A stretch of DNA of 62,864 nucleotides, filler included, from Guillardia theta CCMP2712 (Eukaryota; Protista; Cryptophyta): NCBI RefSeq assembly GCF_000315625.1. It is 4 parts of 4 records of this genome, joined end to end, with 100 filler letters (N's around TTAATTAATTAA, not from the genome) between each part and the next. Parts side by side here need not be neighbours in the genome. Positions count along the whole stretch, not along the records: positions 17,550 to 45,618 come from NW_005434659.1; 3 more parts are not named here. One strand, 5' to 3'. Below the pieces are notes generated by a model. That model searched no databases and had not been told where the DNA came from. It was given only the letters and a program-made list of their open reading frames with translations. This document shows positions 23,751 through 35,787 of the stretch, piece after piece. The translations under genes and the position numbers were made by a program. Within the stretch, counting starts at the first letter, position 1, and every line of letters begins with the position of its first letter.

Positions 23751-25171
23751 CCTGCCATGCCCGCTCTACGCTCGCCAGTGAGTTAAGGGGTTGGATTTGC
23801 TGGGGGTAGGTCATCTTCTTAGGTGGGGTAGGGGTATCAAGAGGACAAGCAAAGAATACTGTCAGAGCCACATAAATGGGGGTAGGGGTACATTCCCCCA
23901 GCTCAACAGAGGAGGGTTCGATAAAAACAAGGGGGTAGGGTGGGACAGATGATGGGGTCGACTGATTTGACAAGTATGACTCGAAAACGCGCAACGGAAA
24001 TAACCGTACTACAGTGTGGCCAGCCTCCCCGGCCGGCGCGGCCGGCCACAGCCGCGCGGCCCCGGCCTGTCCTCCCCCCGGGACTCCTCGTCGTCTCACC
24101 TGCAACCTGGAGACTGCCAGGTTCAACCCTCAGCCCACAGGCTCGTGGCCCGGCGAGCCTCCGAAAGCTTGAGTTGCAGCGGACGGTCAAAGAACACAAC
24201 GGGGCGGCTACGGCGGTGACTGCCGGGCCGCCCGGGCCGCCCGAGGCCTACCCGGCCGCGCCCGGCCCGGATTGGACGGAGGTCACCGAACACTACGGCA
24301 GAAGCGGACCCTCATCCCCTCATTTACCCACAGCCGGGAGATCGAAAATAGGCTTTTTAGGGGGTGGTGGGTCATGGAACATGTGAAGGTGGTGGGTACT
24401 CTGGAATGAAAATTGGGGAGTCAGAGGGGGTACCATCCTTTTGCTAGGGTAGGGTGGGTACGGTAGTTAGTGACGCGAGCATGAACCGGATACCCGAGGG
24501 GAGGAAGGGCTGCAGGGTGGGACTGGTTGGGAAAGCGAAACGACATGGCGATGGGATGGGAAGGAGGGGAGGGGATGGGATGGGATGAGTTGAGTTGAGA
24601 TGAGCTAGGATGAGGTAGGATAGGGTGGGATGGGTTGGATGGGATAGGAGAGAGTTGGAGAAGAGATGAGAAGGGATACGCCAGATTGCGAGGTCCACCT
24701 AATGTCAGTTTCAGAGCGAACAGTGAAAGAGTATGAGGAGAGTAGCGGAGAACAAATGTGTTTCAATGTGTAGCAGAAGTCCTGGGATTGAGGGGTAGAT
24801 GTGTGGAGAACGAGCAGAATATGATGCATGTATCCCGACTCAGAGCCACAGTGAGTTAGAAGAAGAGTGACCGCAAGGATGTTGAGTTGTCAACATGAAT
24901 CCGAGAGGAACGGTTGTTGAAGGATATCCTTCATTCAACTGAGGAGGGAGCGAGGCATTGAGAGGAAGCTCCATGTGAATGAGGGGAGTTCGTTTCGTCG
25001 AATGCCGTCAGGAGCAAGATGCTTGTCTCCTCATTCACCGGAGGACCTGCGGGCTGTGACGCTGACTTGTTGCCTTTGATCAGGGGGAACTTTCAGTCTG
25101 TTTGGCGCAGCCATGATCCATTCCCGCTCGTGAGAGACTCAGTGATCGTGCGAGAGAACTAGCCGGCCAGC

Positions 25172-26167
25172 ATGTCGATGGTTGTGTTCTCAAACAAGAG
25201 GATCTCCCTCTCCTACAACCTCTTCTTCTCGGTTGGGATCATCGCTTTCTTCGCTGGCGTCAACCTCTGCCTCCTCTTCCTCCTCTCCATCGGACGCCTC
25301 AACTGCGACATGAACGACCCAGGGGCGCACGCCATCTATGCCATGCCCCATGTCTGGTGTCCTGCCCACGGTGACGCGCGGGGCAGCGGGCTGCATCGTG
25401 TCCTCTCCGAGTTCCCTCCCGGGCAGCTTGTGATCGACGTGGGGGCGTACGACGGCAAGGAGGCGATCGAGTATGCGAGCGCAGGGCACAACGTGCTCTC
25501 CTTCGAGCCGACCCCCTCCAAGTCCGCCAACATCAAGAGAAAGATCCGCAACGCTGACCTCGAAGACAAGATCACCTTCTACCCCTGGGCCGTCAGTGAC
25601 AGGTCAGGCGAGGCCCCCTTCGTCGTCAACGTCGGGGTGCACCTGGAGAACGGTAAATGGGCGATAAACGAGGGGGAGGAGAAGAACCCCGAGACGATGG
25701 GCAGCGAGCAGGACGGCTTCAGGGTACCATGGAGCCATGAGAACTCGACGACCGTCAACGTCAAGGTGGAGAAGCTTGACAACGTGGTCCCCCGGGACAA
25801 GTTCGTGCTCTTCATGAAGGTAGACTCGCAGGGTCATGACTTCAAGGTGCTCAAGGGCGCTGACCGGCTCCTCTCCGAGCACAGGGTGGCGGTGTTCTCC
25901 GCCGAGATCTCGCCAGGGCTGATGGAGGGAGGGGCGAAGGAGGGGCTGGACATGCTCAACTACATCGCGTCCAAGGGATACCGCTGTTACGGCTGCCACA
26001 CCTCCTTCGAGACTGGCTTCCGCTTCGGCCTCCCTGTCCCCTTCTCCATGTGGACGCAGCACCTGGGCACGCTCAAGTTCGAGCACAGAGGAGCGAACCA
26101 TGGCCAGTGGGACGACATCGTGTGCGTGTCGAAGAAGGCCAGCGAGGTCTTCAGTGGCCGCATGTGA
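25172..26167 (+). CDS. FkbM-family (Methyltransf_21) SAM-dependent methyltransferase with N-terminal membrane anchor
   Basis: Motifs VIDVGAYDG, VLSFEP, YPWAVSD and FMKVDSQGHDFKVLKGA. Hydrophobic N-terminal segment (LFFSVGIIAFFAGVNLCLLFLLSIG). Intronless. Confidence 0.85.
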   Translation: MSMVVFSNKRISLSYNLFFSVGIIAFFAGVNLCLLFLLSIGRLNCDMNDPGAHAIYAMPHVWCPAHGDARGSGLHRVLSEFPPGQLVIDVGAYDGKEAIEYASAGHNVLSFEPTPSKSANIKRKIRNADLEDKITFYPWAVSDRSGEAPFVVNVGVHLENGKWAINEGEEKNPETMGSEQDGFRVPWSHENSTTVNVKVEKLDNVVPRDKFVLFMKVDSQGHDFKVLKGADRLLSEHRVAVFSAEISPGLMEGGAKEGLDMLNYIASKGYRCYGCHTSFETGFRFGLPVPFSMWTQHLGTLKFEHRGANHGQWDDIVCVSKKASEVFSGRM

Positions 26168-26442
26168 GCTGGTAGGTGTGCTGGGAAGCAGCTCGGTCCT
26201 CTTGACTGCGAGTTTTCATTCTGACCTCCCTCTTCTGCTTCCGATGTGCGGTGAGGACGGGGAGGGAACTGCTTTCCTCCCCGCCTCCCCCCCTCCCTCC
26301 CGCTCGCTGGTCTCTTCGTGGAGCTGCGAGCTTATGACGAGATGGGGGTGCGACTCCTCCTCCCCGGGAAAGCCTGCAGTGTGAGGTCGGTCAGCCTCTG
26401 AATTTTCGCGCCATATTCAAATTTTCAAATCTCGTTTGAACT

Positions 26443-26820
26443 TTAAGACATGAGTGTTTCACCTCGTGCCGCTGCTACCTCCCCCAGCAGGCGGAAGCTT
26501 GTCTCCATGCCCCTCACCCAAGCAGCCACGTCGAAGAGTTCTTGTTCATCGTCACTGCCGCTCTCCTGCACCTCCCCTCCTCACCTCGTCTCTGCCTCCT
26601 CTCCAACGATCTCTCCCTCACCAGCTCTGTAGCCAACAGATCACAAGCAGCACGACACACTGTGAGAAGCGAGCAATGGAGCGGAATGGAGGAGGTGTAC
26701 CTAGAGATGTTCGTTGCTTGATCGCGACTCTCATCAGGCTCGCGTAGTCTTCCAGGTTACGAGCTGCATCCAACATTATCCTCCTCCTCCTCCTCGCTCC
26801 TCGCTCCTCAGCTCTGCCAC

Positions 26821-26874
<54 letters not shown>

Positions 26875-29800
26875 CCTGCACCCACTCCTTCTGTCCGTTC
26901 TTTCTTACCAATGAAGGCAGCGGCTTGGGGCCCTGCTGCGAGGGACAGAGAGCTGCCAACGCGAGCGACAGGGCGGAGGAGGGAGAGGGTGAGAACAGGA
27001 GTCGAAGCCCAAAGGGAGTAGGAAGCAGTTGTGTGAGCGTTGCCTGGAAGTTGTGAGGAGGGGAGGATGCGAAGAAAGAGGATGAACATCGTGGAGTGTC
27101 GAGGAAGAGATCAGCAGCTGCGGCCATGTGCATAAATTCTTCTTCTGCTGCCATCTGCTCCGTCGTCATGTCACGTAGAAGAGGGACTGAGCAGCAGCAC
27201 CGGGGACCATATGAGCCGACGAGGGTCAACACCTGAGGGGAGGAGAAGATCAAGACGATCACAGGAACAGGACGGAGGCGGGAGGAGAGCAGAGATTTAT
27301 CGTTGTCGAGCTCATCACCTCTTCTCGACGCGTGCTGGTTGATGCGACGCTGAGCCTGTGGAAGGCAAGGAGGGTAAGGAGGGTAGGTAGGAATGGCGAG
27401 GAGACATCAGATTGGGGAAGGAGGTAGGGGGCTAGTCAAGAGTAGGAGTTCAGAGAGGAGGAAGGAGATGAAGTAGGAGAGAAGGAAGGATAGGAGGCAG
27501 GAGAGTGAGACGGAGTGGGAATATGGGAGGAGGTAGGAAAGGACGAATGTGGAGTGTTGGAGAGTGAAGAAATGAAGTGGCAGAGGAGGTAGGAGATCAA
27601 GTTGGAGAGAAAGTAGGAGAAGAGGAAGGACGAAAGAAATTTGGGAGAGGGAGATCGAAAGTTGAACGATACCTCTTTCGGGAATTCAATTAGCCAAAGG
27701 ACAGTCCTACTTTCTTGCTCAAGAATTCTCATCCAGGTCTGCAGTCATGTCAACACTCTTGTTACGGAGAGACTTCCAACCTCAAAGGTCACTTCGTCGA
27801 TCTTCTGGATCCTGTTGAAGCAAGCCAGCACTATGGACTACAAGCACCAAGGGATGAGGAGCTGTTTTCAGCAGTCACAAATGCTGTTCACATCTAAGGG
27901 CACGTCGTGTCTTCTTCTTGCATCTCGTCTCTGTGTTATCAGCGTCAGGTTTCAGGAAATTTTCAAGGCTTCAACTATCTTCACCTCCTGCCTTCGATCC
28001 TCCACCTCCTGCGCAGGAACATCCGGAAATTTCACCTTCAGCGTGTTGGCTAGGTAGCTGCCCGGCAGGTAGACCTGTATCGGTCAATCATGAACGTACG
28101 ATGGTGGGTGGGTGGGAGGGAGGGAGGGAGGGAGGGAGGGAGGGAGGGAGGGAGGGAGGGAGGGAGGGAGGGAGGGAGGGAGGGACAGGGGGGAGTGAGT
28201 GAGAGAGAGGGCAAGGGAGGGAGGTAGGGAGGGAGCGACAGAGATTAGGAGTTTCAGATCAGATTCAAGTATGATCGCTCAGTATGATCGCTCGTACCAT
28301 CTTCTCCGAGAAGAAGCTATCGGCGTACTCGACCGGCGACATTACTCTGTCCCCTGTGACAGTACGTCAGGCGCCTGGCCCACCCGAGAGTGTGTAAGAA
28401 CCGATGTAGTGGGAGATGAACGACGATCCGGTCGTGGTGCAGAATCTATAGGACACTTGGAGGGGGGCAGGCTAGTTTGACGGAGAATAGCAGGAGACAA
28501 CTGTGAGGAAGAGAAGCGGATAGGACGAGAAGAGCAAAGGGTATACCTTTCTTCTCAGCACTGACATCCTGTTCCCGTGGTTGTGGCCGTCAAGATACAC
28601 GACCAGCCCAACCTTGCGAAGTTGAGGTCACAAGAATGATCAGAGCAGGTTTGACCCCCACCTGCTGCTCGTTGATCCACCTTGCAACCTCGCTATCATC
28701 TCTGTCCTCCATCTCCTGTCGTTCCTGTCAACCGAGCACCGACCGTCACCTCATTTACTTGGAGCCCGACAGCAGAGCTCTGTATGAGGCGACGCCAAGG
28801 GCTCTGCTCGTGTCCTCCCCCTGCCAAGAGCTCACATGAGTTCCAGCATGAAGGTGTGAGGGCAGGGAGTGCGGCAGACATGTTGAAGACGTTCATGTAA
28901 GAAGAGGTCTGACCATTCAGCGACAGGCAGGTGATGTGCAATGAGTCGGTTGACGTCTTGTTCCCATGCAGCGCGATGGCATGCGCCATGAACGACAACA
29001 TGACCTGCCGTTCCTCTAAGACTCGCTGCCATGACACCAACTCCCCTCTACCGTCTGTCCGAAGTCCGAGCTCATGTAGACCACTTTCAGTCTTGACTGT
29101 CGTCTACCATTCCCGTCAACCCCCGTCTTCTCAAAGTTCCTCATTGCAGACCTCAAACGCTGGAAGTTTCCGGTGAAAACAATCCTCTCTCTCCATTCCA
29201 GATCTTGCTTGGCGAGCTGACATAGTCCAGCGCAGTCAGAAGAGCTCAACGTGTAAGGTCTCGATATGTTTACATCCTTGTCTGACTCTGATGAAAGTCG
29301 CCGCATCACGGAGACATCGAGGTCTTCTGAGACGCCAAGGAACAGAATCTGCAGGAACACAGTCAGGGGAACGAGGAAGACTGGCAGGGGCAAGAGGAGT
29401 CCAACACAGGGGCAAGAGGAAGACTGACAGAGCAGCGGGGAAGAATGACAGTGGGGTCGGGAAGACTCTCATTACCGCGTTCACCGACTTTGATGGCAGT
29501 TGGTGAGAAGCATGGCTGATGGATTCACGTAACACTCGCTGAGATCGGTCGCGCATCACACGCTCCAAGTCCCATTCAGCTGTCAAGGTCGGGCAAGAAG
29601 TTCATCACAACTCTGAAGTCTCCTCCCTCCTCCTCCTCCACATCCTCCCCCTCCTGCTCCTCCTCGTCCCTCTCCCCCTCTCCCTCCTCCTCCTCCTCCT
29701 CACCCAACATCTGAGCTAACAGGGCCAACTCTAGACTGCAGATGCCCGCCCTCCTGTCTTCCATGGAAGGCTGCGGCTGAAGCTCTCAGGACCGATAACA

Positions 29801-31916
29801 ATCACATCTTTACGTACTGATGAAGAGTTTCCTGCCAGAATGTTCCGACATGCAGCCTGTCTTGGGGGTCACGAGCAAACGGCCGGCTCCTCAGCTCACC
29901 ATCCACAACCGCAGTGACTCGTCGTAACGTTTCATCTCCTACACGCCACGTCTCAATGCACAGCATATCACTTTTAATCTCTACTCACATCCATACTCTA
30001 CTCACATCTAATCTCTACTCACATCCATACTCTACTCACATCTAATCTCTACTCACATCTAATATCTACTCACATCTAATCTCTACTCACATCTAATCTC
30101 TACTCACATCTAATCTTTACACAGCACATCTCTACTCGCAGCACACAAACAGGCTCCACCAGTAACTCACGGAATCTATGGAGGCTGCAGACATGAGACA
30201 CTCGACCCGTATGGAGGAGGAAGGGCTAGAATGCAGAAGCCTCGCGCAGAACAAGAACGAACGGAGAGATTGCTCGTTATCCTCCACAAGAGCGAGCGAA
30301 GAAGCCAGTCCCTGCGGACCGTCACAACGAGCACTTGGAATGTATTGTTGTGTCTGAACAACATGATTGCTATCTCTCAAGTTCATCATTCTTCTTACTG
30401 ACGATATGTACAGCTGTTGAAGTCAAGTCTTCACACCTGAATGGCAGGCCCACAGATATCGAGAGACTTCACATCTGTACATGATAGCAAGCACGCGGAC
30501 GACAACCACCTGCTTGCCTTTAAACGACGAGTGAGCAGGAAAGATTTTCAAACCACGGTACTTCAATGTCTTACCTCCTTCGGCTGAGCGTTGTGCAGGT
30601 AGAGGAGACCGAGGTTGAGGGTTGGCAGCGTTCTGTTTGGCTACAGCAAAACACTCTGAGGGAGAGAAAGGGAGAGAGAGAGGGAGAAGGGAAGAAGGGA
30701 ACGGTGGGGGTGAAGGAGAGACAAATTAAGCGAAAGAGGGAAGCAGGGAGGAGGAAGCCAGGGAGGAGGAGGCGAGGGAGGAGGAGGCGAGGAAGAGAAG
30801 GAGGAAGAGAGGAGGACAGTAACTTATCTCACCGAAAGCGACAGAGCATGGCGATGAGTCCTGATGGCGCATTCGTTGTACCCCAGGTGCTGTTTGGATA
30901 TCAGGTGGGCACGGGGTGAAGCATGGAGATCACTTGCAGTGTAACTCCGAGCAGCTCGATCGCATCCTTGTCCAAGGTGTGAGCGGAAGGAAACGATGAG
31001 ATGGCACTGGTGTACACGAGGGGAAAAGACTAATTGTCTGAAACACAGCAGCGAAACAAAGATACTGGCAACGTGAAAAATGCAAGAACAAGACTGCAAG
31101 ACAACAACAATGGAGGGACGTCGAGTCGCACACATCCAGACCTGAAGGTTCTTCTGCAGTCTGAGTGTAATACAAAAGAACAAGAGAGATGCTCTGGATT
31201 CCTCTCAAACCCAGCAGGCATATGAAGATGTTCACCTTAGACGACCTTGCCGCAATGATTCGTGTCCGACTATCATCAGCACCTGCAAAGAGTCTCAGCT
31301 CCGAAGATCAACGCAATGGCCTGCTCTCACTTGAAACAGCTTTGGGTACAGCAGGTTGACCTGCTCAAACAGATCCTGCGAGTTCCGACGAAGTGAAGCG
31401 TCGGTAGCCTCTCGGACCTCCTCCAACAGGGCCTGCGCGGGAAGCCATTCAAACACGAGTCAAGGCAGACGTGTCAGTCTTACCCTAGCAAGCATTCCTT
31501 CAGCACTAGAGGGAGGCAGTAGACTTATCATGCGCTCGTCCTGCATTCCAACTGCAGAGACCAATCAGTCTCACTTCGTTGCCTCATGCCAAGGTACCTC
31601 CGATCCCACCAGAAACCACCTCGGGAGCGTTCCTATCACCTTCCTCTGTCAACTATCTCCCTCCTGAAGGCAGAGCCGTGTACCTCTTCGCTCTATCCTC
31701 TTCGTTCCAGGAGCAAGTAGCTGGTACATGAGCATGAAAGAGGTCAGCAAGACCCGTCGCGCTGTGAGCTATCTTCGATCCCGACGCTTCTCTTCCCCTC
31801 TCCTCCCACCGAGCTGCATCATCGGACGCCAGGAGCGAGTACCTCGATCCCACCCCTGCCACGCTCACTCCCGCCATGGCCATGGCCAGCCACAGGCAGC
31901 GCATCCGGACCTCCAT
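26443..31916 (-). CDS. TPR + glycosyltransferase family 41 (OGT/SPINDLY-like) protein, multi-exon, with predicted signal peptide
   Basis: Catalytic-region exons: RLKVVYMSSDFG, VYLDGHNHGNRMSVL, RILEQESRTVLWLIEFP, ADLFLDTP, NAHTTASYSLWASTPVLTL, RVGSSLSLA and LFDVAAWVRGMETSF (TAA at 26443-26445). TPR-like exons HLGYNECAIRTHRHALSL and LNLGLLYLHNAQPKE. N-terminus MEVRMRCLWLAMAMAGVSVAG. Confidence 0.8.
29976..30116. repeat. 17-bp minisatellite (AATCTCTACTCACATCT), ~8 copies, intronic
   Basis: Directly visible tandem units with an ATACTC/AATCTC variant. Confidence 0.9.
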
Positions 31917-32095
31917 AGCGACTAGTCGCAACCATGAATCCTCATCCCATGTCCCAAATCCCCACCCCCACCCACCCCCTTTACGATTCTCACCCCAGTT
32001 CTCACCCCCCTTTTTCATCATCCCTGAAAATGTCGCTCGTTGCGGGAGGAGGAGGAGGAGGAGGAGGAGGAGAACGAGGAGGAGGGTGAGAGAGC

Positions 32096-32977
32096 ATGAA
32101 TGCAATCTGTTGGCACCTGCGTGTCCTTCCACTGTGGCTCGACCAGCGCATGGAGAGCGCTGCGACGACGAGGGGAGCTTGTGAAGTGACGAGAAGATTC
32201 TGCCGAACTCTTTCCAAGCCGCAGGAGGAGGAGGAGAGAGAGAGGCTCGAGAGCATGACGAAGCTTCTGATGGAGGTAGGCTCTCACAAACTTGTACATA
32301 ATAGACGAGAAGGACCAAGGAAGCTTCTGGATCATCTCTTTGGCACCATGAGACTGCTGATTGAAGCGGGATACCCGCAAAGGATTTGCGCTGCTGGTGA
32401 GCAGAGCAGAGCAGAGGTGGAGATAAGGGGAGAAAAGGAGAAGAGGAGGGCAGTGGAGAGGAGGAGATCAGTGGAGAGGAGGAGGGATAGAGAGGAATGC
32501 CACGAGCACATGCTGACTTCCATGTCAGGTCTCTTTCACAGCATCTACGGCACGAGCATCTTCAAGCATACATCGATCGTTCCTGACGCGCGTGGGCGCG
32601 CGGTCGTACGGGAAGTGGTTGGCGAAGAAGCGGAGCACCTGGTGTGGCTTTTCCACTCCATCGATCGCCCAGGGACACTGCATGCAAAGATCCTGCCATG
32701 CGCTAATGGCGCGTTCCCCGCGGGCGAGGAGGTTCTGCTCGACAAGACTGACGGGACAACCATCCACGTGACGAGGAGACAGTTTGAAGACTTGCTGGCC
32801 GTGGAGATGGCGAACATGATCGACCAGGGGCCACTGAACGCGACGAAATGGCCGGGGTTTGAAGGATGCGAACCGTACATCCGCATCCAGCAAAGGATGA
32901 AGAGACTGAGCGATAGTAACAGTGTTTGCACGTGCTTGTCGAGGAGAAGGCGGTCACGGTTGTACAGGATTTTGTGA
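32096..32977 (+). CDS. DUF6817-like (HD-like) protein; intron 32397-32528
   Basis: LLDHLFGTMRLL...ICAAG|LFHSIYGTSIF...RAVVREVVGEEAEHLVWLF matches the DUF6817 pattern. A purine-rich GT-AG intron splits AG|LFHS. Confidence 0.72.
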   Translation: MNAICWHLRVLPLWLDQRMESAATTRGACEVTRRFCRTLSKPQEEEERERLESMTKLLMEVGSHKLVHNRREGPRKLLDHLFGTMRLLIEAGYPQRICAAGEQSRAEVEIRGEKEKRRAVERRRSVERRRDREECHEHMLTSMSGLFHSIYGTSIFKHTSIVPDARGRAVVREVVGEEAEHLVWLFHSIDRPGTLHAKILPCANGAFPAGEEVLLDKTDGTTIHVTRRQFEDLLAVEMANMIDQGPLNATKWPGFEGCEPYIRIQQRMKRLSDSNSVCTCLSRRRRSRLYRIL

Positions 32978-33364
32978 CGAGAGAGAGGATACTGAAGTTG
33001 TGGTGACGGGGCTAGGATTGCAGTAAGTTCTCCTTACTGAGATGTTGTCAATGATGATGGTCAAAGCTTTATCAACAATGTGATTGAGTAAAAGAGCTTG
33101 ACTGTGTGATTAAAAACGAATGGGAACGGTGAAAAATGTTTTCGGCGGTCAACGATAGGTCTCAACTTGAAGTGGAAATCTGCTGGCAGGTTCCGATCAA
33201 TTTGCCGCCCGGCCCGGCCCCGGCCCTTTAGTTCACCGAGTGCCGCCGGGCCGGACTCTGCCAGGCTGATCATTCGAGTCCAGCCTGGCCCAGCCGTACT
33301 AGCCTAGTAGAGTCGGAGTCTCGGCGCCCCCGCCTGTATTCCAGGTTGATTGCTGTTGTCACGT

Positions 33365-34295
33365 GGGCAATCATCAATTTCCAATCAACAAATTTTTGGA
33401 GTAATCATTTTCCAATCAACGAAAGTTTGCAGTAATCATTTTCCAATCAACTTTTTGAAACAATAATCATTTTCCAATCAAAACTCCCCGTTTCGTACCG
33501 TTACACGTATCAGAAACGGTCGTAACCGTATACTTTTGCAATCATTTTCCAATCAAAATCAACTTTCAAACTTTCAACTCTCCATTTTGGAACTTTACCC
33601 CACCCCTTGGCGGTCTGTGTGAGGTGGATTCTCAAAAAGTAAGGACAACTACTACACTGGCACACAATGTTATAAAAGTAGTGTCTGCCAGGATCCACAG
33701 TCCTAATGCCTCTGCATCCATGCTCCAAATTGATTCGTTCAATATAGCCCGTACATTCTTTTCTTGACAGGAAATGTTGGCCCTGCAACAGGGCGGCGTG
33801 GTCACGCAAGGGCCGGTCCTTGAAACATGCCGCACGACGAGTGAAGACATCCCCCATGATCCAATCATACGGCCGAATCCGCATANNNNNNNNNNNNNNN
33901 NNNNNNNNNNNNNNNNNNNNNNNNNNNNNNNNNNNNNNNNNNNNNNNNNNNNNNNNNNNNNNNNNNNNNNNNNNNNNNNNNNNNNNNNNNCTGTGGGCTT
34001 CGAGGGGTGGGTCATGGGGAGGGGTCCGAACGGAGGGTTTAAAGGGGGGTGGAGGGGTGGGGTAAAGTTCCAAAACGGAGAGTTGAAAGTTTGAAAGTTG
34101 ATTTTGATTGGAAAATGATTGCAAAAGTATACGGTTACGACCGTTTCTGATACGTGCAACGGTACGAAACGGGGAGTTTTGATTGGAAAATGATTATTGT
34201 TTCAAAAAGTTGATTGGAAAATGATTACTGCAAACTTTCGTTGATTGGAAAATGATTACTCCAAAAATTTGTTGATTGGAAATTGATGATTGCCC
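33365..34295. mobile_element. Mutator-like DNA transposon (MULE), probably non-autonomous or internally gapped
   Basis: 243-bp terminal inverted repeats (33365-33607 and 34053-34295; 2 mismatches seen) with GGG...CCC termini. Perfect 9-bp target-site duplication TTGTCACGT (33356-33364 and 34296-34304). Confidence 0.93.
33510..33884 (-). CDS. MuDR/FAR1-like zinc DNA-binding-domain fragment inside the MULE
   Basis: GQHFLSRKECTGYIERINLEHG...IVCQCSSCPYFLRIH...WRV resembles the N-terminal DNA-binding domain of MULE transposases. The upstream part lies in an N gap. Confidence 0.5.
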   Translation of the reverse strand: MRIRPYDWIMGDVFTRRAACFKDRPLRDHAALLQGQHFLSRKECTGYIERINLEHGCRGIRTVDPGRHYFYNIVCQCSSCPYFLRIHLTQTAKGWGKVPKWRVESLKVDFDWKMIAKVYGYDRF

Positions 34296-35262
34296 TTGTC
34301 ACGTTCTGGGCACGGGGGGCGGCGATGATGGAAATTCAGAGCGATCCAGGGATGAGACTCAGAATAGCAGCGACCTGCTCTTGAGTACCGGGCGCCACGT
34401 TAGGAGCAGATCCATGGAGCTGACCGTCACTGACTACAGTGCTGATGTGTCATGAAAAGAACGGAAATGAGGGGGTGGGGGTGGGCGGACATGCCGAGCA
34501 GATTCATGGAAGGGGCGCTTAGAGTAGATCATAGCGGGGATGAGGCCATTGCAAGGCGGAGAAGAGACGCATCGGTCTGAGACCTCATTTCCATGAAAAG
34601 ACTCGATTTCACTCACCTTCCGCCACTGATCACGAGCTGTCTCTGGAGGCCTTAAAGGGCCTTCTTGGAATAAGCCCTCGCATTTTTCAATTTCACAGGA
34701 AAACAGTCAATTGATTTATCATTATTTTGAAATTTCGCTCAGAGATTTGGGTCACCGGAGGTTGCCGTGCGTGAAGGTTTACTACGAGCGGATAGATCCG
34801 ACACGTTGTCAGCACAGGAGATAGGGGGGAGGAAGGGGAAGGAGTAAGAGGGATAGAGACAACAGGAGACAGGGTCCTTGGGGTGACGACGAGAGAGTTC
34901 ATAGACAGGGAGAGAGGGAGGAAGCCACCGACACGAGTGAAGACAAACAGGAGGACGGAAAGGTGAATCGGTGAGAACGTGGACAAAGAGGGAAACAACA
35001 GTGCGAGATACATTGTTGAGAACCCAAGGCCGTATAGTGAGGCGTCAAGGAGCATTGGCGTGGATACAAGCACATACAAGACGGTCGGATCAAACACAAA
35101 CTATAACGTCAGGGCTGCCAAGATGTTGATGAACATAGCTGAATAGTTGTTGTAACCAGCTTGTATCTGCTATCATCGACATCAAGCGGACGATTTCTTG
35201 ATTTGCATCCATCTTTCTTTATTTCACAGGGGCACTTCAAGGCAAACGTTCAAGAATTGGAA

Positions 35263-35787
35263 ATGACCAACAAAGATGACAAGATTGAGGACGTTGATGA
35301 TAAATTTCAAACAGATAAGGATTCTGATGCGTCGAGATCGGCTGAATTGTTTGGAAACCAGATCCCGAGAACAAATGATCCCGGAAATTTGTACAAAATG
35401 CGCAGATGGCTGTCGGCAAGACGACACCCAGCAAAGAAAGCTTGCGAGGCTTGTCGAAAATCGAAATCGAAATGTCAAGAATCCCGGCCATGTCAGAGGT
35501 GTATGTGGAAAGGATTGCAATGCGCTTCGCCTATTGAAAATCAGGGCGCAGCCACATATAAAGAGAAGGAGCAAAAATCACCGACGACGATCGTGCAGCC
35601 AGACTTCGAAGAAATTTTGATGAAAACGAACAGTGAGAGTGAGCTGCAGATCAGTGGGGCGATACTTTCAGAGAGGGTGTTTGAGTCCAAGTCGGACAGA
35701 TACGAAGAATATTCTGAGCGATATGAGAGCTCACTCATGAACGAGGCGATGGAGCACGTCTTATCAGACTTCAAGAAGAAGAATTGA
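35263..35787 (+). CDS. Zn(II)2Cys6 binuclear-cluster transcription factor
   Basis: CEACRKSKSKCQESRPCQRCMWKGLQC fits C-x2-C-x6-C-x5-C-x2-C-x6-C. An upstream exon is possible (acceptor TTCACAG at ~35229). Confidence 0.85.
   Translation: MTNKDDKIEDVDDKFQTDKDSDASRSAELFGNQIPRTNDPGNLYKMRRWLSARRHPAKKACEACRKSKSKCQESRPCQRCMWKGLQCASPIENQGAATYKEKEQKSPTTIVQPDFEEILMKTNSESELQISGAILSERVFESKSDRYEEYSERYESSLMNEAMEHVLSDFKKKN

Noticed and set aside
34693-35099. 134-aa hydrophobic minus-strand ORF
   Set aside because: It derives from a purine-rich low-complexity tract, has a non-ATG start and shows no motif.
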